In this document: in pieces, positions 11,001-23,593 of the stretch
Layout of the letters: every line of letters starts with the position of its first letter
Position numbering within the stretch: position 1 is the first letter of the stretch
NCBI GenBank assembly: GCA_043228905.1
Contig: JBHGNT010000020.1
Coordinates: 12,524,001 to 12,588,000, forward strand
Length of the DNA: 64,000 nt
Direction: 5' to 3'
From: Azolla caroliniana
Taxonomy: Eukaryota > Plantae > Polypodiophyta
Position numbers and translations under genes: made by a program
The notes under the pieces: model-generated
Told to the model about the DNA's origin: nothing
Seen by the model: only the letters and a program-made list of their open reading frames with translations
The model's database searches: none

Positions 11001-12354
11001 GTGCATCCACGCTGTACAACTTATCTTATTGTTCATTTTCTTTGAGTGTGGATCTATGTTTTAATTTATAAATAATCATGCCGTTCTTAAGGTGGCTAGG
11101 CAAAGTTCTCTGAAATTAATGGAAGATAGGTTATGATGGCAGATTGGGCTTAGATGGCGGAGTGAAAAGGAGCTCATTTCTGGAAAAGGTGAGATTATTT
11201 GAATCATCAAAACATATTTCATGATGGTAGAGAGTAATGGTTGCGTTTTAAAAATCCAGGCCAGTTTATATGCGGAAACAAACCATGCGACATTCAAGAA
11301 GAACTCTCAAGTTATGAGGCATGTTTTGGTCAGCTTTGGGTCTGTTTATGGGGCTGATAAACATGTTTCTCTGTATCTAATGAGGAAAGAAAGGCTCAAC
11401 TTTTCAGGCGTTGATGCATAAAGAGATGTGTACATGTTGAAGATAAACTTGGGAGAATGTTTATTTTTTTTCACTTCTAATGCGAAAGGATCGATATGAT
11501 GCAAGTACTGTTGGAATGGACTGGGTTGCTTGCCAGGTCAACTTCTCATATAAGGAGGCTGGGGAAAGCAAACAAGCATTGGTCAAACTAAGAGTCTGTC
11601 CTGGGTAATCACATCATGTATTTGAGGCCAGAGCAAGAGATAATGGGCGATATATGTGTACATTGTAAATTTATGTACAAGATTTGACAAGTTTGTCTAC
11701 TTTATAGTTGATGAAAATGAAGAGATGATGATAACACATGCACAACGCACAATGCACAATGCACAATGAACAAACACCACACGTATACCATGCAAATCCA
11801 TATCCACATCCACATTCTCATTGTAATGTTGTGTGCAAAATATTTGGTCTACCACGTTTTGAAATATAAATTTTTTTGTATTAGATGTGCGGAAAAGCTA
11901 AATTATCGGAAAGAGAGGGAGCGGAAATTGATGCAGTCGCACCGAGATAAAGATGATGAGGACAACCATTGGTCAAAGTATGTTTCTTGTGACAAAATAA
12001 ATAATTGATTTGTGGCTGTTTTCTGATGGCTCAGGGTTTACTCTACTAGGTCTGAATTCGATGAGAATCCAGGAAGCTCTAAAAAAAGGCGTACTCTTGA
12101 TTCTGAACATGGCTCGGAAGGTGGTGATGGTAGACAAAGAGGTGAGATGATTTGGCCAGTGTTTTAATCCATGCAGATATATGCCTCATTCTATATGCAC
12201 ATTGTTTTGGTTGCATAAATGAATGTTGCATTAAGTTCTTATTTTTGTAGGCACCTCAAGGTCGTCGCCTCCATTCAATCAAAAGAAGAAAGCAATCCAA
12301 CAGAGAAGCAGCGATGAGGAATATGACAAATATTTTGAAGGGATGTTTCTGTGA
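7896..12354 (+). CDS. FRA10AC1: FRA10AC1 homologue, 11 exons: 7896-7951, 9109-9176, 9693-9777, 9851-9934, 10089-10128, 11143-11188, 11260-11318, 11537-11604, 11885-11977, 12050-12141, 12251-12354
   Basis: Spliced translation gives GLNAYDRHKKF, SWEQRLAKRYYDKLFKEYCIADM, IGLRWRSEKE..GKGQFICGNK, EVNFSY.E.GE.KQALVKL and terminal DEEYDKYFEGMFL*. Exon phases are consistent throughout. Confidence 0.93.
7960..8002 (+). repeat. (CT)n microsatellite in FRA10AC1 intron 1
   Basis: Uninterrupted CT run. Confidence 0.97.
8366..8731. repeat. Long inverted repeat in FRA10AC1 intron 1
   Basis: Inner arms 8467-8546 / 8579-8658 and outer arms 8366-8423 / 8674-8731 are near-perfect reverse complements. Confidence 0.95.
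9393..9579 (+). repeat. Tandem duplication (~99-bp period) in FRA10AC1 intron 2
   Basis: CTATGA.ACTATTCA...GCATCTGAAATCAA.AGGTTATGGAA...GGCTACAC occurs twice. Confidence 0.9.
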
Positions 12355-12926
12355 TATCGAGATTCGTCACATTGTTGGGTTTATCATCATGGTAATATTT
12401 TGACCATTGAACAGTACGGTGTGGAAATTGCCATTTTGGCTATTCCAAGAGTCTATAGAGTAAAACGGCACATTACACTATATGGTCTTTGACAAAAATT
12501 AACACTGGAGTTGGTTTTTTTTCATGTTTTTCAACATGATGTTGTATATCTGACTTCTTAATAGTAATTGCTGTTACCAGTCCAATGTTTATTGTTGACA
12601 ATGATCTCTTATGAGCAAGAGAAATCCTCACCCATGTCACTATTTGCTCGAATGAATTTGTTTGGTAAAATGTAAACATTCTCCGATCATTAGGAGGATG
12701 GACGGTAGTTATCATAACAGATTAAGCATATCAAAGCATTGATCATAATTGTTTTTACCTTTGAGAACTAAAGCCTCATTAAGTGAGCTTGTATGTTTAT
12801 AATTGAGAGAAATTAAGAATTTAATGCATCTGCTCTCATAGTACTTAATCATGCATTGTGTAATATCCGTAATCATAAAATTCTTGAAGTCAGGATTCAG
12901 GAAGCGTAGTAATATGCACTTGTAGA

Positions 12927-13186
12927 GTCGAGAAGGGGGGACTTTAAGGTCATTGCTTCGCATCATAAAATGAGTAGGCTTCTGTTAGGTTGTACATGCA
13001 TTGTATTTTCGACCATATATGTATATCTGTAATACAATACCTGTAATATCATTCATAGTAAAATGAGTAGGGTCGAGAAGGGGCGACTTTAATGTCATTA
13101 CTTGGCATCATAAAATGAGTAGACTTCTGTTAGGTTGTACATGCATTACATTTTTGACTGTATATGTATCTCTGTAATATTATTCA
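12927..13186 (+). repeat. Tandem duplication (~145-bp period)
   Basis: GTCGAGAAGGGG.GACTTTAA...CATCATAAAATGAGTAG.CTTCTGTTAGGTTGTACATGC at 12927 and 13072. Confidence 0.9.
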
Positions 13187-14407
13187 CTTTGTTTTTTTAT
13201 GATATAACATTTTTTACAGCCATAACAAGAATTAATAAGCAGCCCCTATCGAAACATTAAAATACAAACTCTTGGGGAAACATGCACAAATTGATGAAAC
13301 GAAGACCATGGTGGAAAAAATTCAAAATCATGAATTCTTGGCAATATTAAGGGTTGGAATTAGAAAACTTTGTAGTGCTATATACATCTAGGCAAACCAT
13401 CATTAGCTGGAGGTTTTTCATCTTTTTTCAATAGAAAATGTCTTCAATGTACATAAATCATATTGATTACTAGTAAGTAGACAATTGGTGCCAATGGTTT
13501 TGTGATGTGTTTGGTTGATGGCATGATACATCAGCAAAGCACACGTTGAAGGCTTGCATGATTTAGGTGAGGGTATTCGTATAGGGAAGTGATAGTTTAA
13601 GTGCCAGTATGGTTGCCATGTGCCAACTCCTTCACAATTGTAGATGCATCTATTAGAGGATCATGGTGCGTCTCATTTTTTATGTTATTGGGAATAATGT
13701 GGGAAATTGCGAGTTAAAGTCTTTGAGGCTATGTGCCCCCCTTCTGATTCCTCGTTGAACGCAGACGAAGAGTTTAACTCTAATTTGAAGTTGTACAAAG
13801 TGTTCATGGGTTATGCTAGTAATGGTCCCTAGGTGTAACCCACCTAAATGTAGGCTAACGATGTTGGAAAATCAGTGAAAGAAGACACTAGAAAGTTCAA
13901 ACTTTTTGTATATTAGGAAAGGTGATAGAGATATTTTCTTCTTCTATCATGCGTCGACCACCCTTACACCTATAGATTCCCAACTTCCCACACACAAAAT
14001 AAATAGTAAGATTTGAAACAATTGCAAACTTCCAAAACGAAACTTGCTTCCTTGATGTACATGAATGGTAAAGATATCTCCCATGCCATGGATTGGGAAA
14101 AAAGGTTAGCTTTACACGTCACCGAAACGTGAAAGACATTGATTGAGACTCGAAAACTACACACATTAAAATAAAGTCTTATCTCATCTCCTGTCTTCAA
14201 CATAAGGCGATTTTCATATATATCTATCTATCTACTCTATATATTATTCAAAATCGTGTGCATGACATTGTTACAATAAACATATTTTTGGTTCCCGTTG
14301 TCAAATTTTGTTTTGATTCCTATTGCCAAAATTTCTTAGACGTGCAAAGCATTTTTCGAGGTAGTTATTTTTGTCATTAACTTTGATGTATGCAAAATGG
14401 TGCATGC

Positions 14408-17023
14408 TCAAGGAAGTGGCTCCAGTACGCTGCAAAGCCTCGTTAGATGAAGATAAGCATCTGTACCTACAATACAAACGGATACGACATTAATCGAATA
14501 CAAGACATTTGAGGATTCACTACTAGGGTAGGTGTGACCTAGTGGTTTAGCTACTTGCTTTACAAACACTAAATGAATATGTACATAATATCGAGAATTT
14601 GCCATGGTTTCACCTAGTGGTTCAGTTCCTTGCCTTACAACAAAAGGGCGGCTAACATATGTTTTTTTTAAACAAATGATTTGTTTTAGTTAAGTAGACA
14701 AACTCCAACAAATATCAATCCTATGTTGGAGCCAAGGAGTCATTGGCAAGACAATTCATAGCTTACCATAACCTTCCATTGATATTATTTGCATGTCCCC
14801 ACCAAAGTATCGAGCATGGAGTCTAGTAAGTGGGAGCCCGAAACCATAACCCGCCATGTTCACTGGTAAAGCTTGACTACAGGTTGACTTCGAAGGACAT
14901 CTCGACGTGCTGTAAAGGTAGCTCCAAATTTTTGAAAGACCACTTCTTGGGATCCCACCTCCCTCATCTGAAATCTACAAACAAAGACAGAAGATTTGAA
15001 TCATGCTGTCATATTGAAACATATGGATGTATGCATTATGTGGCATGCATATATGTGTATATGAATGTGTGCATGCATGTGTGTTATGAGCATGACCATA
15101 ATTTATCTGTGGTAAGTTGTACCATAGTATTCTATACATGGGGATAAAACCGAGAGAGTAAAGATGCGAGGATTACTTTTAATCCTAGGAATTGAGATAA
15201 CCCATATGGGCCAAGTGTGAACTTGCCTAGGGCCTTGAGTGTGACTATAAATATGAACCCTAGCTACCCTCATTAGTCACCTTAATATGCTTAATGATTG
15301 GCAATATAAAATTACACATCTTTATAGTGAAACCTTAATGGTAACATCTTCAAGCCCATTTGCAACCACTACTTTGATAGGCGGAGGATCATGATCTGCA
15401 TTCATAAACCTTTCCGCAACTGCTCGAAGCGAGTTCTTTACCACCTCGAATACCATGTGGTGAAGATGTTGGCTAACATACCTAGTGAAGAAGCCATGTA
15501 ACAAAAAAGAAGAAGATATTAAAGCCAAAATATCAATGAAGGAATGAAACTTAAATGTTGCATATATAAGAAGAGAGACAAGAATTCGGGGCGGTGGAAA
15601 ATTTGTTACTTACGGAAATGTTAAATTTGGATCACCATATATATGCACCTCCGGAGAATTACCATATGTCCTCATACATATAGCCCGAGCATCATCAATT
15701 GCGCTTTGGGCAGTTACAAAAGGCCTTTCTCTTAGGGAAATAAGACCAACATCTGTCGAGCATCTTTTCGGATGGTGTAAAGCCACATGCTGACCTACAC
15801 ATAATAAGATCCATATACATATAGATAGATTCAACATATCATGTGAAATTTCTTTCTTTCTTTTTTTGTTGCTAATTAGTGCTATTTTCCTTATATACCT
15901 ACCTATCAACATGCGGATCCCGATCCTCGACATAAAGAATCGGTCGAGGAATTGGTGAATCTCGGGGACCTCATTATCACTCGCTAATCGAAGACCCAAA
16001 ACTTCTTTCAAATCCCTAATTCCCATCGCCATCGTAGGGACGACATCGTTGTGCCTTGTTTTGATCCACTGCAGAAACTCCGCGAATTTCGATTCATCAT
16101 GGGTGTCTCGGATCGGCGGGAACTTGAGTATATCTTCGAAAGATTTGGTGTACCAATCGCGCACCTGAAGGAGCACATGCATGCCACATCGATTGAAAAC
16201 CCTACGCCCTAAACTTCAATAACTAAATGAAGAAAATAGAATAAAGAACATATATTTTTTCATGTATATAACCTAAATTGAAATTCCTAAACCCTAAAAT
16301 TCAATAACTTTAATGAACAAAATCGAATAAAGAACATATATCTTTTCATGTATATAACCTAAATTGAAAACCCTAAGCCCTAAACTTCAATAACTAAATG
16401 AAGAAAATAGAATAATGAACATATATTTTTTCATGTATATAACCTAAATTGAAATTCCTAAACCCTAAACTTCAATAACTTTAATGAACAAAATAGAATA
16501 AAGAACATATATTTTTTCATGTATATAACCTAAATTGAAAACCCTAAACCCTAAACTTCAATAACTAAATGAACAAAATATACATTTTTTCATGTATGTA
16601 ACCTAAATTGAAAACCTAAGCCCTAAACCCTAAACTTCAATAACTAAATGTGCAAAATAGAATAAAGAACATAATATAATTTTTCATGTATATAACCTTC
16701 AAGATATGGGGATTGGAAGAGAGGCCATAAGGGAGATTGTCAAGCTCGACCACTCGGTGTGCGAATCGAACCGGGAGCTCTTCGTGGAGGAATCGCGCAG
16801 ATAGCATAACATTCCTGGGCTTCGGGAATTGCCCGAAATCCATCATGTGTTTCAAGCTCACTGCTGTCCTCTTCTTTAGGCTGTACTTTCTAATCATCTC
16901 TTCTCCATCTCCCAATGCTACACTTGCTTCAAAGGATCCATTGATATTTGATGCAGCCTTCAGGCACCCATGCTGGGCACTATTAATTTTGGAACTAATG
17001 AGGGGAACTCTAGCCATTTTCAT
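14408..17023 (-). CDS. PDK: Mitochondrial pyruvate dehydrogenase kinase family protein, 6 exons: 17023-16697, 16164-15903, 15794-15614, 15481-15334, 14974-14767, 14466-14408
   Basis: FLHEELPVRFAHRV, FLDRFFMSRIGIRMLIGQH, N-box FEVVKNSLRA, G1 SDEGGGIP, G2 AGYGFGLP and GTDAYLHL; GT-AG introns in phase. Confidence 0.95.
15082..15274 (+). mobile_element. Truncated LTR (5' ~190 bp) of the same family as 2389-2929, inside PDK intron 4
   Basis: TGTTATGAGCATGACCATA...GATTACTTTTAATCCT.GG.ATTGAGA.AACCCAT..GGCCAAGTGTGAAC...CTATAAATA...CCTAGCTACCCTCATT aligns with 2389-2595. Confidence 0.9.
16190..16696. repeat. Tandem repeat, ~86-bp unit x~6, filling PDK intron 1
   Basis: Recurring TTCATGTATATAACCTAAATTGAAA..CCCTAAACCCTAAACTTCAATAACT. 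Confidence 0.93.
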
Positions 17024-20000
17024 GAATTAATGTACACTAGATTAACAACTTGATGATGATGATGATGATGATGATGGAAAACAGAGTACTCTGTTTCTAT
17101 AATGTAAAGAAAAAAAAAAAGAGAGATTAAGAAGGCAATAAGATATTGTTGAAGCCTTTTTTCTCTTCTTCTTTTGATTTGCTGTGTTCATGTGTATGTG
17201 TTCTGTTCATGGCATGGTAAACACGAGAATTAAAAACAAACCCAAAAACCAGGGGCCTTTGGGTTCTCTAAGTCTTAGCTTTCGGTCGAATCGATAGATC
17301 CATTAAGTTCGGGTGTGAATTCGTGGGATTACTTCTCTTTTGTGGGGGTCTTTGTTTGGGTTCTCTTAGCTTCGCTTTGGGCGGGGGTATGTCACATGGT
17401 TGTCCCGAATCATACTAATGCCAAGTCTTTTCATCGTGTACGACACTTGTCTTTCAAAGTCATGGTTGTGGTTATAAAGCTCTAAATCTGTGTTTTTTAA
17501 TCACTTCATAGATTCCATTTCTTTGGATAAGACATTTAGTGTGACATAGACCGAAAGATTTTAAGTATAGCTTGAAAGTTAGGAAGGGATCTTGTAATTA
17601 CGAACAAGCTTGTGCTTGGAACAAGGGTTTTGTGGTATTGTTCTAGTTTCAAGCTACACAAGGTTTTCCGCGTCAAATAGTCACTTGCATCTATCTAGGG
17701 GCATTCCATCTTCAGTCAACAACAGAATTAAAACCGTGGACGAACAACCACACCTTTTCTAATCCACATAAATAGTGTATACATCATCAATTAATAGTTC
17801 GTGTATAAATGTGTACATGCTCGGGGATTTTGTTGGGCTCCATATTCCACAACAAATTAGAAGAGAAGAAAAAAACCTTAAAGCAAAATGGCCCCTTGAA
17901 AGTTCAAAATGGATGTCAAAAAGTAAGCACATGACCCGCATAATGAATAGTTTATAGATTACATGCTTGTGACAACCTTTTTTAAGTTTTCTATTCTTGA
18001 CAATTGTCTAAAAGAACAAATTTGCGCGATTCCTAAAATGAAATTGATAGGGCATTAAGTTTACTTTCGGATAGAGATGGAGAGTGGTCTCGTAACCCTC
18101 TCTCACTATGAATCACGATCTTAAAAATTGATGCCGTTTGGTTGCACTTTTGTAGGCTTCTTCAATGTATGTGACATAGCATGCATTATTTTTCAGTTTC
18201 GTGTTCATTCATGAGAACCATAAAGACTTCTCTTCATGGTTGGGTACACACATGCATAAAGAAGAATATTTCTACACGGCATAAAGAACATCTCAACCAT
18301 ACGCGGGAGAGGGTGAAACTCTTGGAGAATCGGTCGGACGAAATAACAAAAACCAACTTAAGTATTGTGAGAAAAACTATTTGATCGCATGATGCTTTAC
18401 CATATAGTTTGAGGGGGGTATTACAAGAAGATCTCATCCACTTAGACAAGGCCTTGATTGATGATATAATTGCATTTGATCGATTATAAGGTGACCATTC
18501 AATGACCGAAAGGTGTCACACACCCGGGCATTCCCATTACATTGAAAGGTTACTTTGAATATCGAATCACCAAATTGAAAACTAAATTTGAAAAACCGTA
18601 ATGAATCACTGATGGCCAATCACCAAATTGAGAAGTAAATTCGAAAAACCGTAATGAATCATCGATGGTAATCACCATGTTTTTGTTTCTCAATCACAAC
18701 CGAACTTTCAAATGCTTCAATCTCAAGCATGCCACATTTCATGGGGATTGTATATAAAATACTGATTCCATAAGGGGTGATTTCAACTCTACACATGTGG
18801 TTTGTTTTGTTGTAGAAATATGGTTGCATTTTGCAGTTCCAAAAAGGCATCTAGTCAGATTTGGATGGAATGCCAAAAAAGGAATGCTAGTTGAGACCCT
18901 GAAGAAATGTGATTTTATCCGGGCAAATGTAAGAGATATTGACACTTATACTTGCATGTTATGAAACGTTGTTATTTCCAACATAATGGCATGAGTATCA
19001 TTTAATATGGCCAATGCTAAATGTGGATTACTGATATGTTTTGGCATTCTACATAAATTTCACTACTTTTGGTAGATATTTAACAAATTACAAACTGCCC
19101 ACAATTTTGGCACTCTAAAAATCTGAACCTTTGGTTTTCTACAGTTACATCCATTGATCTTGTTGTTTAAATGGAGCACTATTGGTAATTTATATTTTCT
19201 TGAGTAGAGCATATGGGTGAAACTTTTGTTAATGAAGTATTTAAGTGATAATAGGCAATTTTGTTAAAGTGTAAATCATAGAGATCATGGATGATATTGG
19301 TAATAATGTACCTCGGAGATGGTGCTCGAGATTATTTAAAGCCTACTGTATCATTATTTATAGGTGCACCAAATGTAAGAATCGATCTCATAAGAAAAGA
19401 TTGGATTGCCATGTTTGACAATATTATAAGAAAATCCGGAGAATATGACGACATTTCATAAATGAGAGTGACAAAATACATATTTTAATCATGGGATCCG
19501 GACAAGTGATCACGCAAATGCACCCACTAATGTGATAAATCGTGAAAATGATCATCACAATACTATGCATGAATTAGAGAATGTAATGTTTGATATGTTG
19601 GATTCATTAATTGAGAATGTTATGTATGATCTTGAATTGGAGCTAGAAAATCATGAGTATGATGTAAATGATCAAAACAGTGTGGTGTAATATCCAATCC
19701 AAATCAAACTAGAGAACTTGTAGCTTGTCTGCTTGTTTGAGAAAATGAAATTGAGCAAGATGAGAGGTCACTCCCAATCTATATATATATATATACACTG
19801 CACAATCTGACTGGTTAGTGGGGCAATTCCAAACTGTAATCAATTAATGGGAATCACTTGTGTACCATATCCAAACCATGCAACCCCAACCAAAAACTTA
19901 TTTGAGCAATAGCAAGCATTTTATGTTTGACATGTTTGATTACTTGTGGCACTTTGTGTAGAATACTTTGCCAAAAATCTTTTAGGAAATTTGGTGTCTT

Positions 20001-20173
20001 TTTGTTTAGTTCCCATGCTTTATGTTTACTTGCTCTTAATGTGAAGATATGATCTATATCCAGAGTATGCCTTTGTTACTTAATAAATCCACACTCCCTG
20101 CCCAATGTATATTATAATTGAAGGAGTACATGAATGACTGGTTGCGATGATGGATTGACTATGTCGAATGATT

Positions 20174-20410
20174 CCAATTCAATGAAGTGCATTGTTTTTC
20201 TGTGTTGGGTAAATTTATGTTAAAGGCTTCATGATTGTTGAACATCAATTTAATACATGTGGTTTCACCCATTCAACATATCTCTGATATATCCAATTCA
20301 GTGAAGTGCATTGTTTTTATGTGTTGGGTAAATTTATGTTACAGACTTCATTATTGTTTCATCAATTTAATACATGTGGTTTCAATTTTCAACAATTCAA
20401 CATATCTCTG
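20174..20410 (+). repeat. Tandem duplication (~119-bp period)
   Basis: CCAATTCA.TGAAGTGCATTGTTTTT.TGTGTTGGGTAAATTTATGTTA occurs twice. Confidence 0.88.
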
Positions 20411-20585
20411 ATAAATATTGGTTTCATCAATGGAGTACATGTGCAATGATTTGATATGATTATATTCATATGTACAATGATTGGATGATTATATTCATAC
20501 ATACAATGTTCGACGTTTTCCATCGATTCACGAGACTGTATCTATAAACTGTTTTGCATCAATTGATCAAATGGCATTTAAGCTC

Positions 20586-20780
20586 GGTCTTCATCTTGGA
20601 AACACATGTCCTAATGCCAAATGTATAGGTGATTTAATACTTTTCCGACATAGTGGTCGCCATGTAGCCAAGCAAGTCACCAGGTCTTCATCTTGGAAAC
20701 ACATGTCCTAATGCCAAATGTATAGTTGATTTAATACTTTTCCGACATAGAGGTCACCATGTAGGCAAGCAAGTCACCAG
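20586..20780 (+). repeat. Tandem duplication (~96-bp period)
   Basis: GGTCTTCATCTTGGAAACACATGTCCTAATGCCAAATG...AAGCAAGTCACCAG occurs twice. Confidence 0.9.
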
Positions 20781-20824
20781 TATTCAAGCGGATACTCGAA
20801 AAGAGTCCACTTACAGAGCTGTAG

Positions 20825-21208
20825 GAGGAGGACATGTCAGCTCACGAGCTAGGTCACCTTGTGGATTACTTGTATCGAGCTCAAGTAGATGAAAAGGCAC
20901 TTGAGAAGTATGCAACCTGACTTCTCGTAGCCGCTCACAAATACCAAATCTTCCCTCTCGAGGCCTTGTGCGAGCGATATCCCACCAATCATGTGCATAC
21001 CAACAATGTCATGTCGATGATCAAGTTGGCATCCAAGACTGAGGCCGGCCATCTTAAAGAAGTTACATTGAATGTGGTAGGCACCATGTACAAGGACCTC
21101 ATGGCATGTCCCTCTTTAAAGAAACCGCTGGAAAGAGAACCTCGAATTGTTGCTGATATGCTCAAAGAAATCTTGGTTAAGAGGGAATGCAAACAATTGA
21201 ACAATTGA
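20825..21208 (+). pseudogene. BTB/POZ-domain protein fragment (C-terminal BTB plus BACK-like helices)
   Basis: DMSAHELGHLVDYLY...T*LLVAAHKYQIFPLEALCERY...NNVMSMIKLA; in-frame TGA at 20918-20920; no N-terminus found. Confidence 0.8.
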
Positions 21209-23593
21209 ATTTTGTTCATGTACCAACCATTGTGCTCAGTCCTTCCTTCATCTTGCTTTGTGGCCCTCTACACTTCCAAACTGTGATCAATGCACTTCCA
21301 ATTTTATTGTGTCCTTAATTCTAAACATCCTATTCACATCAAAGGTCTCAAACACTCTGATTAATCTTCTTCACAATCACATTTATTGTCTCAAGAACTC
21401 ATGATGCACCAACTTCATATTGTTTCCATCATTTTGGATATCTTCTCGAATGATAATATTGCCCTATTATTCCATTAGCACACTGCAGGCAACCTTAGAA
21501 ATCTATGCATGCATTATGATTGCTCGTTTAAAGATGTATATTCATGTGTTGAGTAATGGATTTGGGTGTCATACTTTTCATACAAAAGAAATCTTCATAA
21601 CATTGAGATGGAAACATTTCCCAATTCATTGACAAACAAAAATACATATAGCATGGGCTTAAGCTAGTTGAAGACAGTATTTGATCAAATTTGGGCTTAA
21701 AGATTACATCAGTCGTGGGTGTTCAAATCTCTCTATCCGTAGCAGTTGGAACCTCAGAGTTATGCAATCATAAGGCCTCTAGTGAGAAATCTTGCAGAGG
21801 AAGCCAAATTAGTATTGATACAAAAAAAGAAATAGATCCACTAACATCATACTTAACTCATGACTTCAACAAAATTTACATATTTAAAGAGGATCTCATA
21901 GATATCACGCAGATTTCTTCATGTATGCTACCTTGGCTTAAATGTTATTTGAATGGATCATCTAGATTCTCTCCTTTTGAAAGCATACTAATCTCTTTTA
22001 AATTTTATGATTAGTCAACAATAAGCTTTCAGTTGGGCTTTTGTTTCCAATTTATCCATTTGTAAGTGTTATGGGCCAATTCTACAGGAGCTTTCACTAC
22101 CAGTCTCCTGCATTAATTGGTTCCAAACATCTATCTCATTCTAACATGCCTGCAACTCTGATTGCGCATGCTTAGATCTGAGATTGAATGGTGGTATTTC
22201 AAAGTTCGTCATAGTTGCGTCTATAATAGACACTTTTCCAAACCAAGAACAAATGAGAACTTTAATCAACAAGATGTATAAATTTGCCCAACTGTTGCAT
22301 CCATCTCAGTTCACCTATTCCATTAGCCTTTTCAATCAAAATAAATGGAAACTCTACTCAACAAGACGTATAAACTCTTCTTCCTGTAAATAACACCAAA
22401 ATTTAACAGCACATAATTCCAGAGTATAATTCTTCTAAAGGTATCTGATTGCATTTACACTGCTATTTTATTCGTAGACGACAAAAACAATATTCCCAGC
22501 AAATGCTTTCGTTCAGAGCAAACCTTCCAACGCAAATGCATAAAAAAGCATCAATTGGGATCAGGGAAGTTAGCAAACTGATGACTAGGTAGAAAGAATT
22601 AGGAGCAAATTCAAAAATGAGAAGAAATTTCTTTACGGAAAAGAATGGCATTCTTTAACTTCAGGAAGATTATAATGCCTACAGCTCTATGCCACCACCT
22701 ATTATAGATTGATGATACCACCTTGCTTGAATCATCAATATGGTTCTTTTCATTTGAGGACAACAAGATCTGTAGATATGCAGTACAATCAACTCATGAC
22801 AGGCATCGCCAGCCAAAGTTATTCATGAAGTGCTTTCAATGCAAGCATCTCCTCTCTGATTATCCCACACTACCATCTTGCTTGATTTGTATAAGAATCT
22901 GTGATTATGAATCCTATAATAGAATACTGGCCAGTACCACTTTGGTCGTACAAAGTCCAAAATCCTACCATATCTAATCTCATAGCATTTCTTCAATTTA
23001 AATCTTCCTGGGATCCCTTCCAAGGAACAACCATCAGGACTTGCTTTTAGGATGGTATAATCAATAACCATTATGAGAAATAGGAGTTCCTTTTTTAAGC
23101 TGGAATCCAACCACCATTGCAACAAAGATCAGGACTTGGTTTAAGATGATCAGCAAGACCATTACAACCATATGACTTGCTTTTTAGAACGTTATCTGTG
23201 AACCTCAACTGGCACAAAGCATACAAAGATGGACATAGGTTTTCATCAATCGTGTTCACATCTGACTCACTTCAAGGGAAATGTCAGTAACTAGTATCAC
23301 TCGATACTACATCGAGAAAGGAATCAACCTTGTTATACGATATAATCGGCATATATCACAACCTGATTGCTTGCAAATGGCTTATATAGCACACCTGATT
23401 TCCTTTTACTTTAGAAAATGATCAGCTTTGGTATATGAACTGATGAAACTGGCCTATACCACAAAACCTGATTCTGTTTTACTTGAAGACACAGTCACCT
23501 TTTACATGAACTACAACTGGTTGATTCCCATGCCACCTGATTCCTCTTTAATTTGGGGAACAATCACCTTTGGTATATGAAATACACCTGGAT

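Noticed and set aside
21300-23130. Short ORFs between the BTB fragment and the helicase
   Set aside because: No coherent frame or recognisable motifs.
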